Source: Firmicutes bacterium CAG:646 (GTDB taxonomy: Bacteria > Bacillota > Clostridia > Lachnospirales > Lachnospiraceae). From it: a stretch of DNA of 64,000 nucleotides. Position 1 is the first letter of the stretch; each line of letters starts with the position of its first letter. The notes beneath the pieces are model-generated. The model saw only the letters and a list, made by a program, of their open reading frames with translations, was not told the DNA's origin and did no database searches. Of this stretch, positions 11,143-20,611 are shown one piece after another. Made by a program: the position numbers and the translations under genes. The DNA is taken from assembly GCA_000432335.1 (NCBI GenBank), contig HF995366.1:10792-74791 (forward strand), given 5' to 3'.

Positions 11143-13287
11143 TTACATGGATTTACGGTCTGCAATCTCTGCCATTTTCGCATCATTTAATCGGGTATCT
11201 CCATGCACCCGGCTGTAAGACAGATAACCGTTCATCCGGTCAATCTTCGTCAGATTTCTAGAACCGCATACCGGACACACATCCATCTCCAGTTCCTGAT
11301 GGCCACAATCATCGCAGTATGCTAGAGACAGATTTACTCCCTCGTAATATCCCAGATCCATCGCTCTGCGAATCAACGCCTTGATCGCATGAACATTGTA
11401 ATCGATGGGGTATCTCACATACTGGATTTTCCCTCCATTGCACAATTCCCAGAATCTGCCTTCCAGATCCTGTTTCTGGATTGGACTGATATCCTCCGCC
11501 ACATGGCAGTGGAAACTATTGCTCACATACGGTCTGTCAGATACGCCCCGCACAATGCCAAACATTTTTCTGAACTGCTCTACCTGCAGTCCACAAAGGC
11601 TCTCTGCCGGCGTTCCGTAAATGGCATACAGAATCTGATCTTCTTTCTTATACACATCGATCTTCTTATTGATATACTTCAAAACCTCCAGCGCAAACTC
11701 TCCGTCTTCGGTGATGGACTTTCCATTATAAAGTTCCTGAAGCTCATTTAACGCAGTGATCCCGAAAGAAGCGGTCATAGGACGGAGCAGCGGACGGATC
11801 TTATCCCCTGGTTTTAAATGTCCGCCATAAAATCCTCCCTCACAGTACGCCAGCGGGTTTGTGGATGCACGCATCTCTCCCAGATAATCATATGTTCTCT
11901 TATGTAGTCCCCGGATCATCTCCAGATAAAAGTCCAGAACCTCATAAAAGTCTCGGTTCTCCGCTCTTGATTTTGCCAAAATCATCGGCAGATGGAGACT
12001 CACTGCGCCAATATTAAACCGTCCCACAAATACAGGCACATCATTTTCGTCTGCCGGCTCCATGCCGCCTCTCTCATACCAGGGGCTCAAAAATGCCCGG
12101 CATCCCATGGGGCTGATTACCTTTTTGTACTTTTTGTACATACTGGAAATATACCCTTCTCCGCTCATAGACAGCCAATCCGGATACATGGTCTTCGCAG
12201 AACATGCAACTCCCGCCTCAAATACATCTTCACATTCACATCCCAGATCATGGATATTTTTATCATACAAAAATACGATTTTCGGGAATAATACCGGTTT
12301 TTTATGCCCCTTCTTGCCCTGTCCTTCCTTGTGCACATTTAACAGAGAAACAGAAATCATTTTTTCAAAACGGCTGGTACCCAGTCCCAGTGTCACCGTC
12401 ACAAAAGGATAATCTCCACGGGAGGAGCCCACAGTATTCAGCTTATACTCAATTCCCTGCCAGCCCTGATCACAGTCGCGGCATACCTTTTCCCAGGCAT
12501 ATTTTTCTGCCCGCTCTTCTCTTCCTGACCAGGAAACATCCGTATATTCTAAAAATTCTTCGTGATATTTATCATAACTTTTCTTTGCATACGGCGCCAG
12601 AATCTTATCCACCTCCGGCACTGTAAATCCACCGTACTGCTGAGCGGCAGTACTGAGAATGATATCTCCCATAACGTCAAAGGCAGTATCCAGCGTCTTT
12701 GGCTCGTTGTACCAAACATTTCCCATCTCAAAACCGTCCTTCAGTACAGAAGCCACATCGAACAGACAACAGTTCATGGTGTCCAGACGGGCTGACTGAT
12801 CATGGATGTAAATATAACCGTCTTTACATGCCTGAAGTTCATTTCTATTCATAAAAAACTTTCTGTAAAGCTCTTTATTCAATTCGTTAAAAATCAAACT
12901 TCTCTTCGTAGCTACCAGCGCGCTGTCTGTATTGGCATTACTCTTATCTCCAATATAGCGAATAGACTGACTCTTTGTATATACCTCATCCATCATATGA
13001 ATAAAGTCTACCTTGTAGTTTCGATAGTCCCGGTAACTCTTTGCCACTGCCGGATTCACCTGTTCCAAAGCCCCCTCCACGATATTATGCATATCCTGGA
13101 TAAAGATCCCGTCCTTGCGTTTCTTTCCCAGAGTCTCTGCCTGTTCCGTCGCGTATTTACACAGAAAATCTATCTCTTCCGGCGCAAAAGAATACATAAC
13201 CCTGCTTGCTGATTTGTTCACCGCACGCACGATTTTATCGGCGTTAAAGGGCTCTTTCGTTCCGTCTTTCTTGATAATATATACCAT
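11143..13287 (-). CDS. nrdD: Anaerobic ribonucleoside-triphosphate reductase (class III RNR)
   Basis: N-terminal ATP-cone MVYIIKKDGTKEPFNADKIVRAVN. C-terminal zinc ribbon CDDCGH..CPVCGS and glycyl-radical motif RMNGYLSY. 714 aa. RBS AGGAGAGG. Confidence 0.9.
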   Translation of the reverse strand: MVYIIKKDGTKEPFNADKIVRAVNKSASRVMYSFAPEEIDFLCKYATEQAETLGKKRKDGIFIQDMHNIVEGALEQVNPAVAKSYRDYRNYKVDFIHMMDEVYTKSQSIRYIGDKSNANTDSALVATKRSLIFNELNKELYRKFFMNRNELQACKDGYIYIHDQSARLDTMNCCLFDVASVLKDGFEMGNVWYNEPKTLDTAFDVMGDIILSTAAQQYGGFTVPEVDKILAPYAKKSYDKYHEEFLEYTDVSWSGREERAEKYAWEKVCRDCDQGWQGIEYKLNTVGSSRGDYPFVTVTLGLGTSRFEKMISVSLLNVHKEGQGKKGHKKPVLFPKIVFLYDKNIHDLGCECEDVFEAGVACSAKTMYPDWLSMSGEGYISSMYKKYKKVISPMGCRAFLSPWYERGGMEPADENDVPVFVGRFNIGAVSLHLPMILAKSRAENRDFYEVLDFYLEMIRGLHKRTYDYLGEMRASTNPLAYCEGGFYGGHLKPGDKIRPLLRPMTASFGITALNELQELYNGKSITEDGEFALEVLKYINKKIDVYKKEDQILYAIYGTPAESLCGLQVEQFRKMFGIVRGVSDRPYVSNSFHCHVAEDISPIQKQDLEGRFWELCNGGKIQYVRYPIDYNVHAIKALIRRAMDLGYYEGVNLSLAYCDDCGHQELEMDVCPVCGSRNLTKIDRMNGYLSYSRVHGDTRLNDAKMAEIADRKSM

Positions 13288-13302
13288 GACTACCTCTCCT
13301 TA

Positions 13303-13318
13303 CCACTATATATAGTTT
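13303..13318 (-). promoter_or_regulatory. NrdR-box-like palindrome upstream of nrdD
   Basis: CCACTATATATAGTTT matches 13 of 16 positions of the NrdR box consensus aCaCwAtATaTwGtGt as I recall it. It lies just 5' of the nrdD RBS. Confidence 0.4.
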
Positions 13319-13378
13319 CTTCTCTTATTCTTCTAACAACATTTTGTATGCACCAGTATAACACGCTTTTCCACAAAA

Positions 13379-13415
13379 GGGAAGAGGAAGAACTGTAAAA
13401 TTTCTTCCTCTTCCC
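13379..13415 (-). terminator. Rho-independent terminator of the zinc-ribbon gene
   Basis: GGGAAGAGGAAGAA-ctgtaaaat-TTCTTCCTCTTCCC, a perfect 14-bp stem, followed by TTTTGTGG on the minus strand. Confidence 0.8.
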
Positions 13416-13454
13416 GCTGCTCTTTTGGTTATATCATCACGAACCGCTCCTCAT

Positions 13455-14216
13455 TCAACGATATCCCATGGGAACCAGAACAATCTCACATTCCGCCTCA
13501 TTTTCCGGTTGCATGGAAATTTCTGCGCCCTCTAAAAGGGTAAGTCCCAGAGTTCTGGAAGGACCGCTGACCTCCTCCTGATCCAGATAATATACTTCCT
13601 CCGCCCGGTTTTCCTCAGAATAATCCATATAATAAAAATATCCCTGCCCCGTCTTAATCACCGCATCATACACGCCCACCGGAAAATCTTTCCCGGCAAT
13701 CATAATCTCTTCTGTCACCAGGATCTCTTTCGTCGCTGCGCTCTCTTCCTGAGATTCTCCCTGAACCTCACTCTGGCTTTCTCCCTGCTCCTCCATCTCA
13801 TCCAAAACGTCTTCCAACTGAGCAAAAATCTCCTGATTTTCCTCGTATTTTTCCACTTGTTCACTGACATCCAGAAACTCATCTCCGTCCCATTGGAACG
13901 TCTCCATGGTCTCCACTTGCTCCTCGCTCTTCTTCTGACCGGAACGTATCGCATAGACCACGGTCAGAATAAGAACAACGATAAAAGCAAAAATCCAAAA
14001 AACTCTGCCCTTTTCTTCTTTTTCTTCCGAAAGAGGCTCGGTGACCTGTTTCTGCTGGTTGGGCTTCCCCCCTTTGGAAACAGGCATTGGTTTCTCATCC
14101 TCCCGCATCTCATTCAGGTAATATCGACCCGTTTCGCTGGGATAATACATTCCACAGTCCTGACATCTGCCATTTACAATTCTTCCCCCACATACACTGC
14201 ATTTTGTCTGTTCCAT
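13455..14216 (-). CDS. Zinc-ribbon domain protein with one TM helix and an acidic C-terminal region (function unknown)
   Basis: MEQTKCSVCGGRIVNGRCQDCGMYY, then TM helix FWIFAFIVVLILTVVYAI, then an E/Q-rich tail. RBS AAGGAGAGG upstream of the ATG. Confidence 0.6.
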   Translation of the reverse strand: MEQTKCSVCGGRIVNGRCQDCGMYYPSETGRYYLNEMREDEKPMPVSKGGKPNQQKQVTEPLSEEKEEKGRVFWIFAFIVVLILTVVYAIRSGQKKSEEQVETMETFQWDGDEFLDVSEQVEKYEENQEIFAQLEDVLDEMEEQGESQSEVQGESQEESAATKEILVTEEIMIAGKDFPVGVYDAVIKTGQGYFYYMDYSEENRAEEVYYLDQEEVSGPSRTLGLTLLEGAEISMQPENEAECEIVLVPMGYR

Positions 14217-14428
14217 GCTCCATCCTCTCCTTCTCGTTCCTGTGGCAGTTACTGTTGCTGTTGACACTACCCTATCACAGTTCCTGCCTTCTTGCAACAT
14301 GGCTTTTACCGTGTGAATAGTGATTTTTTATCACTTTAATTTGATATCATTAAAAATTAATCATTGTATTTCCACCAATTCCTGCTATAATGTCTTATAA
14401 AGTCTTAGAAATTTTTGAGGAGGATACC

Positions 14429-15439
14429 ATGGAAGATTTTATTATTCCCCAAAACTACCAACCAGCTTTGAATCTCCACGATACCCAGATTGCCATTAAA
14501 ACCGTGAAGGATTTCTTTCAGAAAACCCTGGCGGAACGGCTGCATCTTCTCCGGGTATCTGCACCGCTTTTCGTCAACCCGGCTTCCGGATTAAATGACA
14601 ACCTGAATGGCGTAGAGCGCCCCGTACAGTTTGACCTCAAAGAAATTCCCGATGAAAATGCTGAAATTGTCCATTCTCTGGCAAAATGGAAACGATATGC
14701 CCTGAAAAAATATGGATTTTCCCAAGGGGAAGGACTTTACACCGATATGATCGCTATCCGGCGGGACGAAGATACGGACAATATTCATTCTATTTATGTG
14801 GATCAGTGGGACTGGGAAAAGATTATTTCCCGGGAGGAACGGACCATGGAGACTTTGCAGAATGTAGTCCGCACCGTCTACACTGCCTTGAAAAAAACAG
14901 AAAAATACATGGCTATTCAATATGATTATATAGAAGAAATACTCCCGCGGGATATTTTTTTCATCACTTCTCAGGAACTGGAAGACCGCTATCCTTCCCA
15001 CTCTCCCAAAGAACGAGAGTACCTGATTGCTAAAGAAAAGGGTGCCGTATTCATCATGCAGATTGGAAAATATCTGGCTTCCGGCGAGCGCCACGACGGT
15101 CGCGCCCCGGACTATGACGACTGGGAACTGAACGGAGATATTATCGTATACTATCCCGTTCTGGATATTGCGCTGGAGCTCTCTTCCATGGGAATCCGTG
15201 TAGACTCCCATTCCCTGAAACGCCAGTTAGCAATCAGCGGATGCGAAGACCGGGCTTCTCTGGACTTTCAGAAAGCCATTCTGAATGATGAACTCCCCTT
15301 CACCATCGGGGGCGGCATTGGACAGTCCCGTATCTGTATGTTTTATCTCAGAAAAGCGCATATCGGGGAAGTTCACTGTTCCCTGTGGTCGGAGAAAACA
15401 TTACGGACAGCACAGGAACAGGGAATTCCTCTTCTATAA
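14429..15439 (+). CDS. asnA: Aspartate--ammonia ligase (asparagine synthetase A)
   Basis: Collinear with E. coli AsnA: VHSLAKWKR, SIYVDQWDWE, GDIIVYYPVL, GIRVDSHSLKRQLA, TIGGGIGQSR. RBS GAGGAGG. Confidence 0.9.
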   Translation: MEDFIIPQNYQPALNLHDTQIAIKTVKDFFQKTLAERLHLLRVSAPLFVNPASGLNDNLNGVERPVQFDLKEIPDENAEIVHSLAKWKRYALKKYGFSQGEGLYTDMIAIRRDEDTDNIHSIYVDQWDWEKIISREERTMETLQNVVRTVYTALKKTEKYMAIQYDYIEEILPRDIFFITSQELEDRYPSHSPKEREYLIAKEKGAVFIMQIGKYLASGERHDGRAPDYDDWELNGDIIVYYPVLDIALELSSMGIRVDSHSLKRQLAISGCEDRASLDFQKAILNDELPFTIGGGIGQSRICMFYLRKAHIGEVHCSLWSEKTLRTAQEQGIPLL

Positions 15440-15508
15440 AAGACACGTTTTACAACTTATATCTTAGAATTAAAATCAAAAACTGTGGTATAAATCACTG
15501 GTTATAGA

Positions 15509-15550
15509 AAAAAGTATCCTTGTTTTCCTGAAATTCCGGGATACTTTTTT
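15509..15550. terminator. Bidirectional rho-independent terminator between asnA and dapF
   Basis: AAAAAGTATCC...GGGATACTTTTTT, with an A-tract 5' and a T-tract 3'. Confidence 0.75.
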
Positions 15551-15605
15551 CTGAAAATACAATTTGATCCCCCAAATTCTTGCATTTTTATACCCAATTC
15601 AAAAT

Positions 15606-16469
15606 TTAACAGTTCTTTATTTCCCCATCAAAAACTATCTCCGCAGGTCCTGTCATGTATACCTGATTTTCTTCTCTGTCCCAGAAAATCTCCAAATCCC
15701 CTCCCAGAAGCTTTACGGTCACGCAATCTTTTGTATAACCGTTTAATATAGAAGCCACTGCCACGGCGCAGGCGCCCGTCCCGCAGGCAAGCGTTTCCCC
15801 GGAACCTCTCTCCCACACTCGCATTTCTGCCGTATGATCATCCAGAATCTTTACAAATTCCGTATTAACCCGATCAGGAAAACAGGAATGATTTTCAAAT
15901 AACGGACCTACCTTTTCAATATCCAGTCCTTGTACGTCATCCAGGTAGACAATACCATGGGGATTTCCCATAGAAACTGCCGTGATATGATATTCCTGAC
16001 CGCCGATGGTTATAGGCGCATTCACGATCTGTTTTCCATGAAAATCGTTGTTTTTCCCCATTTTCTCCGGCAATACAGGAATCTTCTCCGGTTCCAGAAT
16101 GGGAGCACCCATATTTACCCGAATTCGCTCCACTTTTCCCTCTTCTACTGTCAGTTCCAAATATTTAACCCCGCTGGGTGTGCTGACAGTAATGGAGGTT
16201 TTATCCGTCAGACCGTAATCGTACACGTATTTACCCACACAGCGAATACCGTTTCCGCACATGGAGCCCCGGGACCCATCCGCATTGTACATATCCATCT
16301 CAAAATCTGCCACATCTGAGGGCTTGATCAAAATCAACCCGTCCGAACCAATCCCAAAATGACGGTCACTTACTTTTTTTGCCATTTCACTGGGATTTTC
16401 CACTGTTTCCTCAAAACAATTTACATATACATAATCATTTCCAATTCCCTGCATCTTTGTAAATTTCAT
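15606..16469 (-). CDS. dapF: Diaminopimelate epimerase
   Basis: MKFTKMQGIGNDYVYV...GSMCGNGIRC and a second active-site Cys block ACGTGACA. RBS AAGGAG. Confidence 0.9.
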   Translation of the reverse strand: MKFTKMQGIGNDYVYVNCFEETVENPSEMAKKVSDRHFGIGSDGLILIKPSDVADFEMDMYNADGSRGSMCGNGIRCVGKYVYDYGLTDKTSITVSTPSGVKYLELTVEEGKVERIRVNMGAPILEPEKIPVLPEKMGKNNDFHGKQIVNAPITIGGQEYHITAVSMGNPHGIVYLDDVQGLDIEKVGPLFENHSCFPDRVNTEFVKILDDHTAEMRVWERGSGETLACGTGACAVAVASILNGYTKDCVTVKLLGGDLEIFWDREENQVYMTGPAEIVFDGEIKNC

Positions 16470-16549
16470 ATTTTCTCTGCTCCTTCTCTTGTCTATTTTC
16501 AGATTCTAAAACTATTATAATGCATTTTGTCGAATCTGGAAATATGGCA

Positions 16550-16579
16550 TTGACAAATCCCTCTTTTATCCGCTACAAT
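16550..16579 (+). promoter_or_regulatory. Sigma-A type promoter for the permease leader
   Basis: TTGACA (16550-55), 18-nt spacer, TACAAT (16574-79). Confidence 0.6.
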
Positions 16580-16590
16580 GCACTTTAGAA

Positions 16591-16656
16591 GGTAACCATT
16601 TCCTGAGGGTTTAAGGCTCCACCGGAATGGTTACTTTGTATTTTGTAACCATTTTA
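16591..16656 (+). promoter_or_regulatory. Leader hairpin-terminator (attenuator-like) upstream of the NCS2 permease
   Basis: GGTAACCATTTCC...GGAATGGTTAC followed by TTTGTATTTTG. A second copy of GTAACCATTTT directly follows the U-tract. Confidence 0.5.
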
Positions 16657-16680
16657 TCACCATTAGAGGAGGGAAATCTC

Positions 16681-18042
16681 ATGGAAAAACTCTTTAAACT
16701 GAAAAACCACAACACCACGGTCAAAACAGAAGTTATGGCTGGTATCACCACCTTTTTGACCATGGCGTACATTCTTGCAGTAAATCCAAACCTGCTGAGC
16801 GCTTCTGGTATGGATTCCGGCGCTGTATTTACAGCTACCGCTCTTGCATCTGCTCTTGCCACTTTTATCATGGCATTCTGGGCAAACTACCCCATCGCTC
16901 TTTCTGCCGGTATGGGTCTGAACGCTTACTTTGCTTTTACCGTATGTCTCGGTGATCTGCAGGGTGTGGACGATCCATGGAAAGTTGCTCTGGCAGCCGT
17001 ACTTGTAGAAGGTATCATCTTTATTATCTTATCTTTCTTCAAGCTGCGGGAATCTATTGTAAATGCAATCCCGGCGAATCTGAAATACGGCATCACTGCT
17101 GGTATCGGTCTTTTCATCGCCTTTATCGGTCTGCAGGGCGCAGGTGTTGTTGTATCCGACGATTCTACACTGCTGGCTCTCGGCAATTTTGCTTCACCGG
17201 AAGTTGCGCTGTGTCTGGTAGGTGTTGTCGTTATTGCAGTTATGAACCATTTTAATGTAAAAGGTTCCATCCTATGGGGAATTCTGATCACCTGGGGCCT
17301 TGGAATCATAGCAGAACTTACCGGATGGTATGTGGTAGATCCGGAAGCAGGCGTTTACTCCCTGATTCCATCTTTCTCCGCTTCTTCTTTTATTCCGCCA
17401 TCCATCGCACCTACATTCTTCCAGTTTGATTTCAGTTGGATTGCTTCCAACATTTCACAGTTCATTATCATCGTATTCTCATTCCTTTTCGTGGATATGT
17501 TTGATACGATTGGAACCGTTATTGGTGTTGCTGACAAGGCAAATCTTCTGGATAAAGACGGAAAACTTCCAAGAGTAGGACGTGTTCTTATGGCTGACGC
17601 TGTTGGTACTGTTGCAGGTTCCATGCTTGGTACTTCCACTATCACAAGTTTTGTGGAATCCAGTTCCGGTGTTGCTGAAGGCGGAAAAACAGGTCTGACC
17701 GCAATGACTACTGGTCTTTTGTTCATCGTGGCTCTGTTCCTGTCTCCGATTTTCCTGGCAATCCCAAGCTTTGCCACTGCGCCTGCGCTGATCATCGTAG
17801 GTTTCTTCATGGCATCTTCTATTAAGAAAATGCATTTTGACGGAGATGTAGCGGATGCTGTAGGAGGATATCTGGCATTCCTGATCATGCCTCTTACTTA
17901 CTCCATCGCCAACGGTATCATGTTCGGTATGCTGGCATGGTTCATCATCAAAATCTGTACAGGACAGATCAAAAAAATTCATCCGGTTATGTACATTGTA
18001 TGTGCGTTGTTTATCTTCCGGGTAATTACACTAATCATCTAG
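16681..18042 (+). CDS. NCS2 family nucleobase permease (AzgA/PbuG-like guanine/hypoxanthine permease)
   Basis: MEKLFKLKNHNTTVKTEVMAGITTFLTMAYILAVNP is the typical PbuG/AzgA N-terminus. Multi-TM protein. RBS GGAGGG. Confidence 0.85.
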   Translation: MEKLFKLKNHNTTVKTEVMAGITTFLTMAYILAVNPNLLSASGMDSGAVFTATALASALATFIMAFWANYPIALSAGMGLNAYFAFTVCLGDLQGVDDPWKVALAAVLVEGIIFIILSFFKLRESIVNAIPANLKYGITAGIGLFIAFIGLQGAGVVVSDDSTLLALGNFASPEVALCLVGVVVIAVMNHFNVKGSILWGILITWGLGIIAELTGWYVVDPEAGVYSLIPSFSASSFIPPSIAPTFFQFDFSWIASNISQFIIIVFSFLFVDMFDTIGTVIGVADKANLLDKDGKLPRVGRVLMADAVGTVAGSMLGTSTITSFVESSSGVAEGGKTGLTAMTTGLLFIVALFLSPIFLAIPSFATAPALIIVGFFMASSIKKMHFDGDVADAVGGYLAFLIMPLTYSIANGIMFGMLAWFIIKICTGQIKKIHPVMYIVCALFIFRVITLII

Positions 18043-18053
18043 AATTCTATTCG

Positions 18054-18077
18054 AGGAGCTGCCCAAAACGGCAGCTC
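18054..18077. terminator. Bidirectional terminator hairpin between the convergent permease and deacetylase genes
   Basis: GGAGCTGCC-caaaac-GGCAGCTCC, a 9-bp perfect stem, followed by TTCCCTTTACATTTTTG. Confidence 0.65.
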
Positions 18078-18112
18078 CTTCCCTTTACATTTTTGAAACA
18101 GTCTCTAAAAAT

Positions 18113-18883
18113 CTATTCTTTCGCAAACTGCCTTCCGCTGCTGTCCATATAAAAGTTCTCCCGATAAATCAATCGGGAAACGGGAACTACTTCATACCCC
18201 TTCTCCCGCAATATTTTCAATACCTGCTCTAATGCCTCAACTGTATACTTTCCATTCGTATTCCATCGAATGATCGCCCCATTTTTGAGATCTTCATGTT
18301 CTGTCACACGGGAAATGATATCCTGTTTTCCATAATTTTTCCAATCCATCGTGTCCACACTCCAGCAAACAGGATAGTACCCACAAGCATAAATACTTTG
18401 GATCACACGGTTATCATACCTGCCATATGGCAGAGAAAATAGCTCCATTTCATAGCCAAACTTTTCTCGGATGCTCTCATGAAGCTGCCTGATCTGATTC
18501 CTGCATGCTCTCTGGGATAATGCCGTCATTTCTCTGTATTCCTTACCGCTGCTACCTAGATCGTGTCCTCCCTCGATAAGATTTCTCACATCTTCCGGAT
18601 AAGCTTTCGCCCATGCTCCATCCACAAAGAAAGTAGCTTTTACCTGATTTTTTTCCAACACCTTCTCTATTTTCCGCAAATTTTCATTACTGCCCTTCAC
18701 CTGAAAAGACAGCGCAATCCGGGGATCCCTGCATTCCACCGAATAGATAGGATATTCTGTTCCATTTACACTGGCGCTGGCAGTCATAAGACGTTCTCCC
18801 ACATCCCTCCAATACAGAATTGACAATCCTGTAATCAAGGTCAAAGCCAGAAGAAGCACACCTCCTATTCCTGATTTTTTCAT
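18113..18883 (-). CDS. Polysaccharide deacetylase family protein (NodB homology; PdaA/PdaB-like)
   Basis: TM/signal anchor, then ATFFVDGAWAK...LGSSGKEY..ELFSLPYGRYD, NodB-type motifs. Start MKKSGIGG. The track start is a TTG codon. Confidence 0.8.
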   Translation of the reverse strand: MKKSGIGGVLLLALTLITGLSILYWRDVGERLMTASASVNGTEYPIYSVECRDPRIALSFQVKGSNENLRKIEKVLEKNQVKATFFVDGAWAKAYPEDVRNLIEGGHDLGSSGKEYREMTALSQRACRNQIRQLHESIREKFGYEMELFSLPYGRYDNRVIQSIYACGYYPVCWSVDTMDWKNYGKQDIISRVTEHEDLKNGAIIRWNTNGKYTVEALEQVLKILREKGYEVVPVSRLIYRENFYMDSSGRQFAKE

Positions 18884-18926
18884 AATGCCCCCCAAAAATG
18901 TTGTTATTCCAGTATATGCTTCCCAT

Positions 18927-18958
18927 CAAAGAAAAAGAGACCGTCCCAGACAGTCTCT
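18927..18958 (-). terminator. Rho-independent terminator downstream of the small exporter gene
   Basis: Minus strand GAGAGACTGTC-tgg-GACGGTCTCT followed by TTTTTCTTTG. Confidence 0.7.
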
Positions 18959-18965
18959 CATACTA

Positions 18966-19466
18966 TCAACTTACAATATTTCCCAGCAAAACATAAGATA
19001 CGAAATACATGATAACTGTAGCGATCAGGATTCCGCAAAGAATTGCCAGAGAAGATTTTTTAATATCAATTCCCAGCAAAGAAGCAATCAGCGCTCCCGT
19101 CCAAGCTCCCGTTCCCGGAAGAGGAATTCCCACAAAAAGCATCAGACCTACAAATTCATACTTCTGAATCTTATCACTTTTGCTCATTGCCCGCTTTTCC
19201 AACTTTTCAATCAGCCCACGGAAAAGATTAACTTTCTTCATCCATTTAAAAATATGTTTGATAAACAAAAGAATAAACGGAATGGGAAGAATATTTCCAA
19301 TAATACTGATGGGGATGGCTTCTATTTCCGGTATCTTCAAAAGGCTGGCAGCCAGAAGTCCGCCTCTCAGCTCCAAAATCGGCATCAGAGAGATAATAAA
19401 AATAACAGCTTTCGGGGATATATACATTCCCAGATGCGTAGTAAACCAGGTAACAAGTGATTCCAT
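18966..19466 (-). CDS. Small multidrug-export-family membrane protein (COG2426 / Sm_multidrug_ex-like)
   Basis: Signature blocks ILELRGGLLA and GIPLPGTGAWTGALIASLLG. Four TM helices. Confidence 0.6.
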   Translation of the reverse strand: MESLVTWFTTHLGMYISPKAVIFIISLMPILELRGGLLAASLLKIPEIEAIPISIIGNILPIPFILLFIKHIFKWMKKVNLFRGLIEKLEKRAMSKSDKIQKYEFVGLMLFVGIPLPGTGAWTGALIASLLGIDIKKSSLAILCGILIATVIMYFVSYVLLGNIVS

Positions 19467-19476
19467 GCAATTTCTC

Positions 19477-20535
19477 CTATTTCTTCAGATAATCTTCTAA
19501 AAACGCTACTAATTGTTCCATTTCCTGCTGTGTTCCGATACTGATTCTCAGATAATTGTCAATCCTCGGCTTATCAAAATACCGGACAAAAATATTTGCC
19601 CTGCGAAGCGCTGCAAATAATTCTTTTGCCGGACAGCTTTCATGAGTGGCAAAAATAAAATTCGCTTTCGAATCTCCAAAAGAAAATCCCAGCTTTCTCA
19701 ACTGTTCTTTCGTCCATTCTCTGGTCTCCACCACTTTATGTACTGTACGCTCAAAATATTCCCGGTCTTTTACCGCTGCAGCTCCCAGCACCAAAGAAGT
19801 CTGATTCATGGTATACGAGTTAAAAGAATATTTCACATCGTTCAGATATTTGATGAGTTTTGGATTTCCCATGGCATAGCCAATCCGCATTCCTGCCATT
19901 CCTCTGGACTTTGAAAACGTCTGCACTACCAGAAGATTGTCGTATTTTTCAATCAGCTGTAAAGATGAGGCTGCGCCAAAATCCACATAAGCCTCGTCTA
20001 CCACCACGACCACATCCTGATTCTCTTTTACGATTTCTTCGATATCCGACAGCCCCATCTCCATTCCTGTAGGAGCATTCGGATTTGGGAAGATCACGCC
20101 GCCGTTCTTTTTGAAATAATCTTCTTTTCGAATAAGAAATTCTTCCGAAAGAGGTACCGTCTCATACGGTATCCGCAACATATCTGCCCAGACATCATAA
20201 AAGGAATAGGTAATATCCGGAAACAAAATGGGTTCCGTGGAATTAAAAAACGTCATAAAAATCATGGCAAGAACATCATCCGAACCAACGCCTACAAAAA
20301 CCTGATCCTCCTGCAAGTGATAAAACTCTGCGATCGCTTCCACCAGCACATGGGCTGTCGGATCCGGATACAACCGCACACAGTCAGGCTCCATTTCCCG
20401 AAGGGCTTTTGCTACCATGGGAGATGGCGGATAAGGATTTTCATTGGTATTCAGTTTAATCATTTTCTCTGCTTTTGGCTGCTCACCGGGTATATAGGGA
20501 ACAACCTTACGAACATTTTTTTCCCAGTTTTTCAT
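19477..20535 (-). CDS. hisC: Histidinol-phosphate aminotransferase
   Basis: KLNTNENPY, FSKSRGMAGMRIGY (PLP-lysine block). The start MKNWEK follows GGAGAACC. Confidence 0.9.
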   Translation of the reverse strand: MKNWEKNVRKVVPYIPGEQPKAEKMIKLNTNENPYPPSPMVAKALREMEPDCVRLYPDPTAHVLVEAIAEFYHLQEDQVFVGVGSDDVLAMIFMTFFNSTEPILFPDITYSFYDVWADMLRIPYETVPLSEEFLIRKEDYFKKNGGVIFPNPNAPTGMEMGLSDIEEIVKENQDVVVVVDEAYVDFGAASSLQLIEKYDNLLVVQTFSKSRGMAGMRIGYAMGNPKLIKYLNDVKYSFNSYTMNQTSLVLGAAAVKDREYFERTVHKVVETREWTKEQLRKLGFSFGDSKANFIFATHESCPAKELFAALRRANIFVRYFDKPRIDNYLRISIGTQQEMEQLVAFLEDYLKK

Positions 20536-20611
20536 CGGTTCTCCTCTCTGTTTCCTGTCCAACAGCATCAATCTGTATTATACGGACGTAATCTTATGAA
20601 GTCAAGGTTAT

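Noticed and set aside
14217-14428. T-box or other riboswitch upstream of asnA
   Set aside because: Only a promoter (extended -10 TGCTATAAT) and short AT palindromes (AGTGAT-ttttt-ATCACT) were found. Too short for a T-box.
16470-16680. Guanine/purine riboswitch upstream of the NCS2 permease
   Set aside because: Looked for the conserved UAUA...GGAUAUGGC...CCGUAAAU...GACUA blocks; none present. The leader is too short (about 95 nt).
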